A stretch of 64,000 nucleotides of DNA from Eledone cirrhosa (GCA_964016885.1 OZ024740.1:196540001-196604000), one strand, 5' to 3'. Shown: positions 16,213 through 29,603, counted from the first letter of the stretch. Program-made: numbers and translations. Notes: generated from the letters alone by a model not told the origin.

Positions 16213-16609
16213 ATGTATGAATGTTTGTATATGTTTGTTCTTAGAGGAACAAAGGCAGACAGATTTCTGTATTCAGATTGGAGCCAATCCTTATCATTAG
16301 CTTTCTCTTTAGCTTACAGGTGTCTGTAAGATCAGTATGGGGTCAGTCATGGTAGATAGATTTGGAGGAAGGGGAGATTCTTTAAAAGCTAAATTCTTAA
16401 AGGTTCTAGTATATTGACGAAGGTTTAGGGAATTCTGTAGACAATTTCTAAGTATAATCTATACAACTGTAGCCATAAATTCACGAGACACTTTCAACAG
16501 AACATACCCTGCGCGTATGCGCGCATGCACGCACACACATGTGTATGGGGGAAATATATTTATATTTGTATACGCGTGCGTGCGTGCGCGCATACACATG
16601 CGCGCGCGC

Positions 16610-16645
<36 letters not shown>

Positions 16646-16782
16646 GTGTATGTGTGGTTGTATGGGTAGTCTTATTTTATTTTTATTTTTCCTTTCCTTC
16701 TTCCTTCTCCAGCCTCACTTTCATATAGCTTGCTTTTTTTTGTTTTTAAGATCCAAATTCAATAAACAAACCAGGATTTTTT

Positions 16783-16836
16783 CATTCTGAGGATTGAAAG
16801 CAAAACCTTTTGCTTTTAAGAAACCACTGGTAAATG
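16783..16836 (+). ncRNA. Type I hammerhead ribozyme (mirror copy at 13939..13992 on the minus strand)
   Basis: CATT-CTGAGGA-TTGAAAGCAAAA-CC-TTTTGCTTTTAA-GAAA-CCACTGGT-A-AATG. Confidence 0.85.
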
Positions 16837-16938
16837 GAATAATTGCCTTATGTTGTTTTTTACATAATAATAATTAAGCTCTGTTGCTTACATAGAACAC
16901 TCTTTTTTCCTGGACTTTTCCGACGGAATTACTTCATT

Positions 16939-16990
<52 letters not shown>

Positions 16991-17285
16991 TAAAAATTAG
17001 CGAGAAACGAATTTCAGCCCATGAAATAACGAGAAAACACTTTCGAGTTGTGAGGCAAGCGCTCAATAATTCAAATGAATTAGAGCTTACAACTTACGTT
17101 AAAGGCCAAACACTGAGATGGTGGTTAAACTAATCATCCACACAGCGAAGATTCGATCTCCTATTTCGGGTCAAACAGATATACAGATATAAAAATATAT
17201 GAAAATATAAATGTTTATATATATAAATAAAAATGGATGCAGAAAAAACTTGTTAGACCATTACTCACCAGAGTACTCGATACTT

Positions 17286-17323
17286 GGATTTGACGTTTTG
17301 GACATAAGCCCTTCTTCAGTTAC
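17286..17323 (-). ncRNA. Degenerate minimal hammerhead
   Basis: Minus strand: CTGAAGA-AGGGC-TTAT-GTCC-AAAA-CGT-C (GAAA changed to AAAA), followed by a GAGTACT tail. Confidence 0.5.
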
Positions 17324-17535
17324 ATTAAAGTAAGTAAAGACTTTTTTCTTAACTTGTTTGCTTTTCCTATATTTGATTTTATTAGGCTCTGAATCTGTTG
17401 ATTTTATTAACTCTTTCATAGAACCAAACTCTGTATAAGTTGGACACTGTATGTATGTACCTATACTTGTATCTATACTCGTGTAGATATATATATACTT
17501 CTTCATTTAATATATATATATATATATATATATAG

Positions 17536-18202
17536 GCATACGTCAAGACGGGCGGTCAGGAAAGTGAAAGTAATTTTTGACACTGTGAATTTTTTTTTTT
17601 TTTTTTTACAACAGGTCTCAATAATGAAAGTTACGATACACACGCAATTGTGTGGATTTCTTAATATATATATATGTGTGGGTGTGCATATGTGTGTATA
17701 TATATGTGTGTCTGTATGTATATATATATGTGTGTTTGTATATATATATGTGTTTGTGTCATCATCATCGTTTAACGTCTATCTTCCACGCAAGCATGGG
17801 TTTCTGACCCAAATCCCTTATCATTCTCTGTCCTTCTTATGACCCGACCTTCATTTCTTTGGTGACAGAGAGTTGGTGCAAACAATTTTGGCGAGATGTA
17901 CAAACACATATATACACACAAACATATATATACGTCTAAACCCATGCTTGCGTGGAAGATAGACGTTAAACGATGATGATGATACAAACACATATATATA
18001 TACAAACACACATATATATATACATACAGACACACATATATATACACACATATACACACCCACACGTATATATATATTAAGAAATCCATACAATTGCGTG
18101 TGTATCGTAACTTTCACTATTGAGACCTGTTGTAAAAAAAACAAAAAACAAATTCACAGTGTCAAAAATTACTTTCACTTTCCTGACCGCCCGTCTTGAC
18201 GT

Positions 18203-18207
<5 letters not shown>
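17536..18207. repeat. Inverted repeat (~265 bp arms, ~135 bp spacer) flanked by (TA)n
   Basis: GGCATACGTCAAGACGGGCGGTCAGG...CAAGCATGGGTTT is mirrored at about 17938..18207. Confidence 0.85.
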
Positions 18208-18262
<55 letters not shown>

Positions 18263-18555
18263 TGTGTGTGTGTGTATGTATATGTATATACATACATACA
18301 TCTTCCATTTGCAAAATTATCTTTGAGTTGTTCTAAATAGCAAGAGAGCAATGTCTTCTCCAAAGCCAATTTTTTTTTTAACTTGTCGTAAACTATACAT
18401 AAAATATTTCAAAATGTCTTTTAGTAGTTGCAAATAATATGATGGATGTGAGCAACACGCGGTTCAGCAGTTATCAATTTTCGCTTATTCACTGCAGAGT
18501 TATTTTAACTGATGCAATGATATTTGCACAGACGCCATTGTAAGTTTGTCGAACA

Positions 18556-19684
18556 TCTATATATATAAAACTGAGGTTGTCTGTCTGTCTACTAAAACCT
18601 TCGGCACACATCTCCTCTTAAACCGTACGTTCAAATTTCGGTGAAATTGCTACACTTATAGATGAAAGTCCGGCGGAACCATCGGTCAAATAAATTTTCA
18701 AATCGACCCACGCCAAGTGTAAAAATCGAATTTGTAATGTATTGATTTTTCAGTTCAAATGTATAAATAGAGATGAGAGACGAGTTATTTCCCTTTTATG
18801 GCGTCATTTGCTTATCTATTTATGTTACGTATAAACGACGCGGTGGACCGAGAAGAACAATTTCATGCAAAGAGAAGACCAAGTTTATGGTGTAAATGGA
18901 GTCGTTAGCCTAATATTCTATTTAAAATAACCGAATGATTTCCAGCCCCGGAGTTTAAGAATGATGTAAATAAAATTGTAAACGAAAATGACAGGTTATT
19001 AAAATAGTTGTTTCTACTTTTGGCACAAGGCCAGCAATTAAACAGTACATTACTGGTACTTTATTTTATCGACCCCGTAAGGATGAAAGGCAAAGTTAAC
19101 CTCGACGGGATTTTAACTTTGCCTTAACATAGTAAAAATAAATAGTGAAGATTTAGGCCAGTACATACGTATGCACCGACGAACATACACATACTTATAC
19201 ATACGCACACACAAATACATACACACACACGTGCGCGTGCGCGCGTGTGTGTAAACCTTATGCATTTCTACAGTATTTTCACCAAACTTAAGACATAGGT
19301 TACTCATGTACTCCGGATGGTCATGGACACTTTCATTTTTCCAGATATTGATTATAGGGCCTCCCGGCGGATAACGCCCTTTAACCACTTCCTTGGAGTC
19401 GACTGAAGCACTGCAGTGCAATGCAAAAAAAACGTCATAACTTCTGGAGTTCGCAACCGATTTTCACAAAACTTGACACATGGGATACGTTTGTTCTACA
19501 GATGAATGTGAACTCTCAGAATTGGCACATATTGAGTAGGGGACCTCTGAGGGCAGGAACCCCCTTTTGGAAAAAGTCGATGAGTTTATAAAAGTATAGT
19601 TTTCGAAGCAGCACTGAAGTATTGACATAAATGGTATACATAACTGCTATTTAATACCCGAGCAACGCCGGGTACCTCTGCTAG
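18556..19684 (+). mobile_element. Non-autonomous Helitron
   Basis: 5' TC(TATATATATAAAA); 3' hairpin CCCGAGCAACGCCGGG then CTAG; inserted between A and T without a TSD; the empty site is visible in the inverted paralog near 13175..13195. Confidence 0.88.
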
Positions 19685-19769
19685 TATTTCTATATGTGTA
19701 AAACAACATTATAATCTTTTTACTTGTTTCAGTTATTACATAGACTAGATATCACAATAAAAGATAAAA

Positions 19770-20056
19770 ATATCATAATGTGCTTCATGATAGACATGTC
19801 AGTACCTGTTGATCACAATATGCCTTTGAAGATATTTGAAAACATGTAAAAGTACAAGGATCTTGAAATAGAGATTAAAAAATGAGGGACATGGAAGCTA
19901 TCACTATTTCAGTTTTAGTTGGATCATTGGTCTTGGTAAACAAGGGAACTAACAATTTTTTTTTATCATATACCAGGTAATCCTTGTATCAAAGAAATTC
20001 AGAAAATTGTACTCACTAGTATTGCCCACATTTGCAAAGAGTATTGTCAATGTAAT
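19770..20056 (+). mobile_element. 3' fragment of an R4/Dong-like non-LTR element (RLE C-terminus)
   Basis: Degenerate translation: MIDMSVPVD...KYKDLEIEI...VGSL...IPGNPCIKEIQKIVL. Confidence 0.65.
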
Positions 20057-20357
20057 TTTAGGAAAGTACATTGTGTTGTATTTTGTATGTACCTTTATAT
20101 GTAACACATCTATGGACCAATGGTTGCATTTTATCTATTGTATTCAGTTCTATCTTCAAATGTATATACATTTGTAAGAGGAATGCATAACCTATAAATA
20201 CTCTAATTGGTTTCATTAACTATGTGTATCTGTAAATATCATATATATACGTTTTGAATCTATGAATATTCGCTGTGTGCTTGTGTCTGTTCGTACATGT
20301 GTATGAGATAAATTATTACCTGCTTTTTCAAATTCTCAGCAAAATACCATCAATTAT

Positions 20358-20583
20358 CAGGGGTGATGAAATCATTTCTGAATTGGGGGACTAAATTTGG
20401 ACAATTCGATTGTAGTGATTAGTTGAGCTCTTTGCACTCTAAAATGGTCAGTAAAGTTCGATATGCGATAAACAATATGTACATAAATTGTAGCGCATAT
20501 TTAAATAGATGTGTACCTTGGTAGTTTGGAGAAAAAATATAATTATTGGAGGGGGGCATGTATATATAATACACCATCACTAT
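20358..20583 (+). mobile_element. Non-autonomous DNA transposon (hAT-like CAGGGG termini); same family as the sequence flanking both Tx1 copies
   Basis: Starts CAGGGGTGATG; the internal ACATAAATTGTAGCGCATAT...GAAAAATAT block also occurs at about 3500..3629 and 23080..23182, which end in ...CCCCTG. Confidence 0.6.
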
Positions 20584-20908
20584 ATATATATATACATATA
20601 TAATTAAAAAACATTATGCTCTGTGCCCTTTCCTAAGGGGTTAGTATATCGAGATTCTTCGCATTTGGTAAGAAACTGGTATTATACCCAATTTATTCAT
20701 CTCCTGTATATATATATATATACATTCATTTATTAGGGCTATTGGTGAGATTTGTTACTCTCAAAAGTTTCACCTGTGCCCTGAAAGGATCACCAGTCTT
20801 GTCTGGTGAATACGCAGGTGAGACTCCAGAGTAACAAGGCTTAGCCATAATAAATGGATATTTAAATTCTACCTTGGTTTTCATTCTTACGTCCGTCAAT
20901 AATTCACG

Positions 20909-21198
20909 TACTCTCAAGTCTTGAATAATCGTCCCCACTCCCCGCTTATTAATTTGTCAGATTTTTTCCACGCTTATTAAATTTTGTTAATCTATCTCCC
21001 GCAAAATGTTATTGTAACTCATTCATACAACAACTGGAAAATTTAATAATAATTTTATTTTGCATTAAAAGAACATTATATATGACAAAAGAAGAACATA
21101 ATAAGAAATTCCATATTTACGAACATACACTATACAATTACTTATTTCCCAAGCATCCACCATTATTGCCACCTCTCCTATTATTTAGGACACGAGAG
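20909..21198 (+). mobile_element. MITE-like repeat; paralog at about 59060..59400
   Basis: Ends ACTCTC..GTC / GAC.CGAGAG; shared internal TTATTAAATTTTG.TAATCTATCTCC...CATATTTACGAAC. Confidence 0.6.
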
Positions 21199-21542
21199 GG
21201 CCACCAAACTCGCCACCTCCCTATGTCTATCACACAAAACTCTCTTTTAATCCCCCGTCTCTCTATCTACTAAACCCAAACTCTACTCCTCTCTATATCT
21301 ACCATGATACCACCTCTCTTATCCCTCTCTCTATATCTAATACTAATACACTCATTTTATAAACATCTATAGTGACACTTATCTCTCCCTATCGCCCTCT
21401 GTATATCAATCACCCCTACACTCTCACCCTCTCTATATTTACTACATGACACTCCCCCATTATCCCTCCCTGTATATCTACAACCACCAAATTCTCCGCC
21501 TCTCGATATCAGTTAACACCAAACTATGCCTCCTCTCCATAG

Positions 21543-23002
21543 GGCATCGTCGGACGCTGGACGGAGGGACCGGTGAAGCTGCTCGGGGTCTGGTTCGGAC
21601 CGGACCTCCAGGTGGAGAAAAACTGGGACGAGGTAACGGGCAAGGTTTTTGCACTCGCCCAGAAGTGGGCCGAGTGCAAACTATCCCTGAAAGGTCGAGC
21701 GGAGGTGGCGAACGCTTATATAGCGTCCGTCATCTACTACCGCTTGACCGTCGTGCCTTGCCCAGAGAAAACACTCGCCAAAATGGAGCGCGCGCTCTTC
21801 CGATTTCTTTGGAAGAAGCGGGCTCCTTTGGTGAGAAGATCCATCTGCTGTCAACACCCTTCGAACGGAGGGCTGGGTATGACGTGGCTGACGATGCGTA
21901 GACACGCATTAAGGCTACGGCACCTCCAGGTATTCCTCACCGGTCAGCCGGTGTGGGCCCTGTTTGTGAGGCGAACCTTTCCGAGACTCGTCTCACTCAC
22001 CGAGCTGCAATCCTGGGACAAGCAAAGACCGAGAAAAGTGGGCGACTGGCACATTGAATGTGCCCAGGCGCTCACGGCCCTCTGGCAAGCGGATCCGGCA
22101 ATCAGTGGAGACTCAACCTCAACATTCTATAGAGGGTTGGTGCGCAGTAAGTGCGACGACGCTCTCGGAGAGGCTCTGGGCATGGAGGAAGATGAGCTGG
22201 CCAGTCTGTTCGGTAGGACGTTTGGCCCGGGATCGATGGACAACTTCCAAAAGTCCCTGGCTTGTCCATGTTACCGAGGAGCTCTACCCGTTCGGGACAA
22301 GCTCTACAGACACGGGCACCCGGGTAGGGACTCATCGTAGAAGATCTGTCCGAGATGCGTGCGTGACGAGGAAACCGTCGTACACGCATTCGTACACTGC
22401 CCGGGCGTTGCTGACCTATGGGGCTATGTGGAACGACTACTGTCGCGGGTGGGACCAATCCGGTTGACCATTGAGAACATTGTCACGATCAAACCGCCTC
22501 CCCTTTTCAAAAACGAAGGAGAGGCGGTTTTCCTCTGTGTGATAGCTATGGCGAAAGAAGTTGTATGGTGGACAAGGTCGAAAGGGCTGAGGTCAGACAC
22601 TTTTCTCTCCGGCCAACAACTGGTCTTTTTTTTCAAGTACCACTTTAGAAGAAGGATCAGAATGGAGAGAGGGGTGCTCTACCCCAGCAAGTTTTATGAA
22701 AGGTGGGTGAAAGTAGCGAGAATGGCCCGAGTTAATCGGCCTTCTCTCTATATTAGCCTGTAGGTGAGAGAGGAGAAGAATGAAAAGAGGAAGGAAGCAC
22801 CCGCTCTTTGTGCTCCTGAAGAGGAGGGTTGCACATTTTTTCGGGGGTGTGTGCGACCCATGTCAACGCCCCTCCCTATTGAGGACATCGATTGTTAAAT
22901 TTAATTTGTTATATGTTTTTTACACGTCTTTTTAAATGTATGTAAACTCCCCCCTTTGTATTTGTCCCAATCTTTGATGCCCTGGTGGCAAATAAATAGA
23001 AA
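21543..23002 (+). mobile_element. Second, 5'-truncated copy of the same Tx1-like LINE
   Basis: Near-identical to about 1898..3360; ORFs 21573..22340 and 22359..22763 are split by a premature stop. Confidence 0.93.
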
Positions 23003-23447
23003 TATATATCAGTTACCACCAAAATCTCCCCCTCTCCATATCTATATCCATCTCTCCCATCTGTCTCTACGAAACATAAATATACAATAAATTTGAAGCG
23101 CATATACAAATAGATGTGTGGTTTGGTAGTTTGGGGAGAAAAATATAATTATGGGGTGTCCTCCCCAGTTCCATCGCCCCTGGTTATCTATGGTGCGAAT
23201 CAAAATGCATCATAACAAGCAATCATTCATACCAGGCTCTTAGTTGAGACCCGGTGGGTGCATATGAATTTACAGATATATAACGATTTCTACTTTAGAC
23301 ACAACCAATTTAGTGGGAAGGGAAAGTCGATTAGAATACTAATAATATAATTAAAGCTACAACTCCACTATCCAGGAGCTTCCAACAGCAATGGTTTCAT
23401 TCTTTAAGGGTATGTCAATATTTATTTATAAAACTGATCTATATTAT

Positions 23448-23510
23448 ATTTTATCTGATGAAAGCACACCATAATTTAACTTGGTGTCCTTGAAATATGT
23501 ATAATGAAAT
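23448..23510 (+). ncRNA. Hammerhead ribozyme (same family as 25781..25845)
   Basis: ATTTTAT-CTGATGA-AAGCACACCA...TGGTGTCCTT-GAAA-TATGTAT-A-ATGAAAT. Confidence 0.78.
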
Positions 23511-23641
23511 AAATATGGTTTTATAAATATAGTTTCCATTTGTTAATATCGCATTTTTACTCCAAATATTTGTTGAGTGCTTTATATCAGTTATAAAAAT
23601 ATTTGCTTGTTGTATCCCAACAATTTAAATAGAACTTCTAC

Positions 23642-23789
<148 letters not shown>

Positions 23790-24561
23790 TTAATGGTAGC
23801 TATGATGCTTCCATAGGCGGTATGCCAGTTGAGCACACTATGTTCTTACAGAGCAGAGTGTGATATAATATAAAACGAAAAATCAGTGATGCATCTGGAC
23901 TCAGTTTATTGTGTGTTACAGTTGTTTCGCCGGCAGATAGCTCGAGACACGATCATTGTATGGATCTGTCTGATTCTAGATCTGCAGGTTCGTCGGACAC
24001 AGGCAATACTTTCGGAACAAATTTTCTCACTAGCGTGTTAGCTTCAAAAGACATCTTCTTCGCTTGTCTTGCTATTGGCTGTTGTTTTTCTACGTCATCA
24101 TAAATTCTGGTCAATATTTGCTGCCATACTGTCCAGCTACTCTCCGTCCGACACACTTCAATGAACTCATGCTGGGTTTGGTATTTTACAAGTCCGCTCA
24201 CACACACATATATACCCACACATACACACACACACATATATATACATACACATACACACACGCGCGCACACATACATATATACGCATACACATATGTATA
24301 TGTACACACACATATGTACATATACACACCCATATACATACACACACACACACACACACTCTCTCACACACACCCACACACGCCCACGACCATATAACTA
24401 CCAACATACGCATCCACAGGCGCCTGCCTATATACCCTCGTACATCCGCTCTCACACGCACGCACATATATACACATACATATACACACACACACACATA
24501 CACACATATATACACATACATATACACACACACACACATACATATATACACATACATATAC

Positions 24562-24611
<50 letters not shown>

Positions 24612-24795
24612 CCATACACACCCACACATACACATCCACATATAAATGTACACACACATACATACACATCTATAAAAAACCTACAATATACTAAAATATG
24701 TATCTAACGTCATATCTTAAAAGATGTATCTTGTATTACACACGCACAGATATAAACATTATAATCATATACATCCATCCATACACATTCACGTA

Positions 24796-24839
<44 letters not shown>

Positions 24840-24841
24840 TA

Positions 24842-24951
<110 letters not shown>

Positions 24952-25183
24952 GAGAAGAAAGAAGAATACTGCGTGGTTGCACATGGGTTAGATATGATCA
25001 AATTAGTCCTTCGTCAGTGATTTGCCAACCATCATTGATATTTCGTCGCATTAAAAATCATATATCTCAGGTTGGTGCGAGCAATAACTAAAAAAAGCTA
25101 TTGGGACAAGTAAATCGCGTAAAGCGAGTGAGACAAGTAAACAACATAGAAGGATGAAGCAACGCAAAGATGGGAATAAACAA

Positions 25184-25223
<40 letters not shown>

Positions 25224-25225
<2 letters not shown>

Positions 25226-25405
25226 CAAAGGAATTGTGGTAAGGAACCACATGGACCATAACGCACCAGAGTACTCAATACTTAGGGTAGTAGAGTGGGA
25301 AATAGGAAAAGTATGACCGCGGCGGCAGAGCCTAAGCCGTTTCGACGGCTGTCCAGAAATAGCCGTGGAAACGACTTGAGCTCTGCCGTCGGGGTCATAC
25401 ATTTT

Positions 25406-25410
<5 letters not shown>
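25224..25410 (-). repeat. Imperfect GC-rich hairpin (~50 bp arms) plus GAGTACT tail in (TA)n
   Basis: 25302..25352 pairs with 25359..25410. Confidence 0.75.
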
Positions 25411-25466
<56 letters not shown>

Positions 25467-25467
25467 G

Positions 25468-25505
<38 letters not shown>

Positions 25506-25507
<2 letters not shown>

Positions 25508-25974
25508 CAATATTAAATAAATGGAAACTATATTTATAAAACCATATCTATTTCATCATATATATTTCAGGGATAACATATTAACAATATGCCATGCCTT
25601 CCTCAGACAAAATACAATATAAACAGTTTTATAGATAAATAGATTCGACATACCGTAACAACATCTACTTGCATTTGAGAAGGTTGATTTGGTTGTCACA
25701 ACCAAATCAACCTTCTCAAATGCAAGTAGATGTTGTTACGGTATGTCGAATCTATTTATCTATAAAACTGTTTATATTGTATTTTGTCTGAGGAAGGCAT
25801 GGCATATTGTTAATATGTTATCCCTGAAATATATATGATGAAATAGATATGGTTTTATAAATATAGTTTCCATTTATTTAATATTGTAAATATACTCCAA
25901 ATATTTGTCGAGTGCTTTTATATCAGTTATAAATATTTACTAGTTGTAACACAACAATTTAAATATAACTTTCC
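25506..25974 (+). repeat. Palindrome (191 bp arms, 1-nt loop at 25697) plus ~85-nt tail in (TA)n
   Basis: 25506..25696 is the reverse complement of 25698..25888. Confidence 0.92.
25781..25845 (+). ncRNA. Hammerhead-like motif in a perfect palindrome (G at the cleavage position, probably inactive)
   Basis: ATTTTGT-CTGAGGA-stem II-GAAA-TATATAT-G-ATGAAAT; mirrored at about 25549..25613. Confidence 0.7.
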
Positions 25975-26005
<31 letters not shown>

Positions 26006-26110
26006 CGCCTACACATATACACACATAAAAACAATAAAATAAATATACAATACATCCATACACATTCACGTAACATATACATATATATATATATATACAC
26101 ACATATACAT

Positions 26111-26189
<79 letters not shown>

Positions 26190-27002
26190 TCTACATACAC
26201 ACACATACATATACATACGCACACGCCTACGCATATACACACATATAAAAACAATAGAGTGTATGTATGTGTGTGTGTATGTGTGTGTCTACGTACTGAA
26301 TGTATGGATGTGTAACTGTGCGTATGTATATATGTATGTATATATTTATGTGTGTGTATGAGTGTGTGAGTATACAGTCGCGTACGTACGCGTGATTAGA
26401 TATAAATGGGGCGAGGTGTATGTATATATATATATGCATCCTGTGTGTGTATGTATACTTGCGTACGCTTTTGTCTGCACGTTTTGCGTGTATATATATA
26501 TATATTTTATAGATATACGTTTGTTATAGATATATATGTGTATGCACGCGTGTACCTTGTTTGTTTTCTTTTCTTTACTTCGCAATTTTTTCTTTCTAAA
26601 TTATTGTTCCATTTTTTATAAATATATCGAGAATGATACTTCCTTTTTACTATTACACTCCCTTACCCCTTTTTCTTCCGCATATAAGTGTACGCGCGTG
26701 TATGTGTGTTTATACGCGTGCCTTCATATTCTTATAATGTATCTAATACCCTGTTTTTCTGTATACTTGTCAACCGGACACTCATATCATGTCTGTGTCT
26801 GTAGTTATATATACACAGATATACTTACCCTAATATATATATTTACGCACACATTTTCACTATACACACACATTTGTACATACATACATATGTACATCTG
26901 TGAGTGTATATACATACATATACACACACCTAACTATATTTACATAATTTTTTTTGCATTTCTTGAGGAGACTTTCCAAATATTTAGCTATGTTTTATAT
27001 TG

Positions 27003-27072
27003 CCTCGTCCGACGAACGAATGAAGACGTTTCTTTCGTATTCGCCTTATTCGGGAAACCTCTGGTAATGAGG
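27003..27072 (+). ncRNA. Hammerhead-like motif with a U4C core variant
   Basis: CCTCGT-CCGACGA-ACGAAT...ATTCGG-GAAA-CCTCTGGT-A-ATGAGG. Confidence 0.68.
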
Positions 27073-27228
27073 TAATTATATTGTATTGTTGTTTTTTATA
27101 CATTATATATATATATATAGATTTTGAGTTTATGTTGGTTGTATACCAACACCTCAGTATGCAGACTGGAGCATTCGACGAAGTGCGCAGGTTGGTTTGG
27201 TTACTCCGGAGTAGTGTAAAATAAAGTT

Positions 27229-27266
<38 letters not shown>

Positions 27267-28985
27267 GTTTAGATCGATATATGAATGTATATTCGACAGT
27301 AATTACAGCTCTTAATAATTTATCATATACTAATAGCTTTTTATATCCTCATTTGTAACGAGATGCTGTAAAACAAAGTTGACATTGTCAGGATTCGAAT
27401 CAGACTAAATATGTAACTAAATACGTGAAAACTTAACCCGTTTGCGACTATATATCTAACAGAGTTTGAAATCAATATCTTGATGATCGAGGTAACATAC
27501 TGGTTTAGAATGATCAGGTATCTTAGTAAATTAGTTCTGAATAGTGTGAACATCATTCTCTGAAGAAAGGGATATCAATCAGTTTAACACACCAATCTTA
27601 GCTATACATTTCCTGTATTTGTGATCATGTTTCATCTAATCACTTGGGAAGATGAAAATATCACACAACTTTGACTTCATCATAACTTTTCTCTAATAGC
27701 TGCTTTACTGCAATGAATCGCCACTTCTATTGCAAGTTGATACTAACTGCCGGTCGCAACTCCTGGTAGAAGGAGGCAGGATTTGATCGCGGATCCTACA
27801 GAGCAGGATCAGATATCACTAGGCATACCATCAAACTCTTTAACAACAGGTTCTTTAGTTATCGACTCGAAGAGGGTGAAAGGCAAAGTTGACCTCGGCG
27901 GGATTTGAACTCAGAAAGCAGTGAGCCAGAACAAATATCAAAGCATTTAATATTATGCCCCAATGACTCGATAGTGGAAGCGCGTGGCCTAGTGGTAAGG
28001 GTGTTGGACTTACAATTATAATGTTGTTCCAATATACTCAGCCGAAAACGAGCACCAACAATAGCTGGCGTTTTGTCCAGGGAAATGTCTTATACTTTAC
28101 GCCTCGGAAACCGGTATAAGCTCCGACCTGATGAGCCTCAGGGCTCGAGACAGACTTTAGAATAATGACTCTGACAATTCATCACCACATTAAAGTTTTC
28201 AAATAGTTTTTATTATGGTTTATACATGAGTGGTGGATTGGCAGAATCGTTAGAGCGTCTGATAGAATGCTCTTCAATATTCATTTTGGTACCTGCGCTC
28301 TGACTTTAAATCTCGCTAAAGCCAATTTTACCCTTCATACTTTCCGGATCGATAAAGATAAAATAAAGTACCAGTTAAATACTAGAGTTGATATAATTGA
28401 CTTTTCCCTCTCCCTAATTGCTGCCTTGTACCTAAAATATAAACTATTGTGTTTATATTCACATTTCTCGTGACTGGTACAGTTTAACATGTCTATTTTC
28501 CTTAACAGAGATGACTGTCATACTTGCGTGGGAAGTTTCAAATGCAATAGTTTGTATTGACTAGTTGACCCACAAGCAATGAACATTGCACAATGACAAC
28601 TACAGCCAGGTAAAATTTCGAATAACCTAAATACTATACTCTAATTTATATAAATATAAAAATATCTGTAATTGCTTTGTAGGATTTCTTTATTTATTTT
28701 CTGTCATCAGTTTAAAAGCTTCGTAAGTTAAGCTAGCTTCCATTTCTTTTCAGAATCTCTTTATGTCCAATAGACAAATGAATTTGAAAGGATTTTCTAC
28801 AATAAGATTGTTCTAATTTATGACTTATAACAGGCCATATCTTTCGTGTTTTCATACATCGGAACAAGCTTGGCTTCGCATCCATGTCGTTCTAAGATTA
28901 ATCCGATAGGATAGTATCTTTGGCAAGTGCCTTCTACCATAGCTTTGGGCAGACCAATGCCTAATGAATGGAAATTGGTAGACAG

Positions 28986-29057
<72 letters not shown>

Positions 29058-29059
<2 letters not shown>

Positions 29060-29553
29060 AGCCGAATTACCCGCGCCTTGCTGCGTTTCACACATTTTTT
29101 TTGTAAGAAAATGATGATTGATTTTAAATCAGTGATATAATTTATGGAGAAAAACTCTGCATTTCAATATTACTCAATGTAAAATGTAATACATGAAAAA
29201 TTGGAAAACATTATTTTTTGTAATATATCAAATCAAAATTACATTATTTAATCTTATTCTTATTTTGTTTCTTGTAAATAATTTTTTTCAAAATATCAAT
29301 TCAAAACTTTTGTGAATAGGCATTATTGTGAATAGGTATCATACCTATGGTTTAAATTTGATATAAATCGAAGGGAAAACATTTTCAGCGTGGGTTTGTG
29401 CCCCCGGGAACCCTTTGATTAAAATGAAATATACTTATCCAAGTACCCTGGGCAATGTAGTTTCAGAATATATATGATTATGGGGGTCTATCTCCAAAAC
29501 AATAGGAGTAGTTCGTGAACAAACAAACAAACAAACAAACAGACAGCAATACA

Positions 29554-29570
<17 letters not shown>
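29058..29570 (-). mobile_element. Non-autonomous Helitron
   Basis: Minus strand ends GCAGCAAGGCGCGGGTAATTCGGCTAG|T; its 5' end (TATATATAAAGTTG) merges into (TA)n. Confidence 0.65.

Positions 29571-29603
<33 letters not shown>

Larger units (their letters stand above)
13903..16943 (+). mobile_element. Non-coding PLE-like element: ~1-1.3 kb inverted arms, two direct HHR repeats, unpaired tail
   Basis: 13903..15180 is the reverse complement of 15879..16872 (microsatellite lengths differ); direct repeat about 15241..15328 vs 16771..16858. Confidence 0.8.

Noticed and set aside
28128-28160. CTGATGAGCC-TCAG-GGCTC-GAGAC as a hammerhead (also near 11668 and 41805)
   Set aside because: No GAAA and no stems I/III; this is the 3' stem-loop of the second SINE family.
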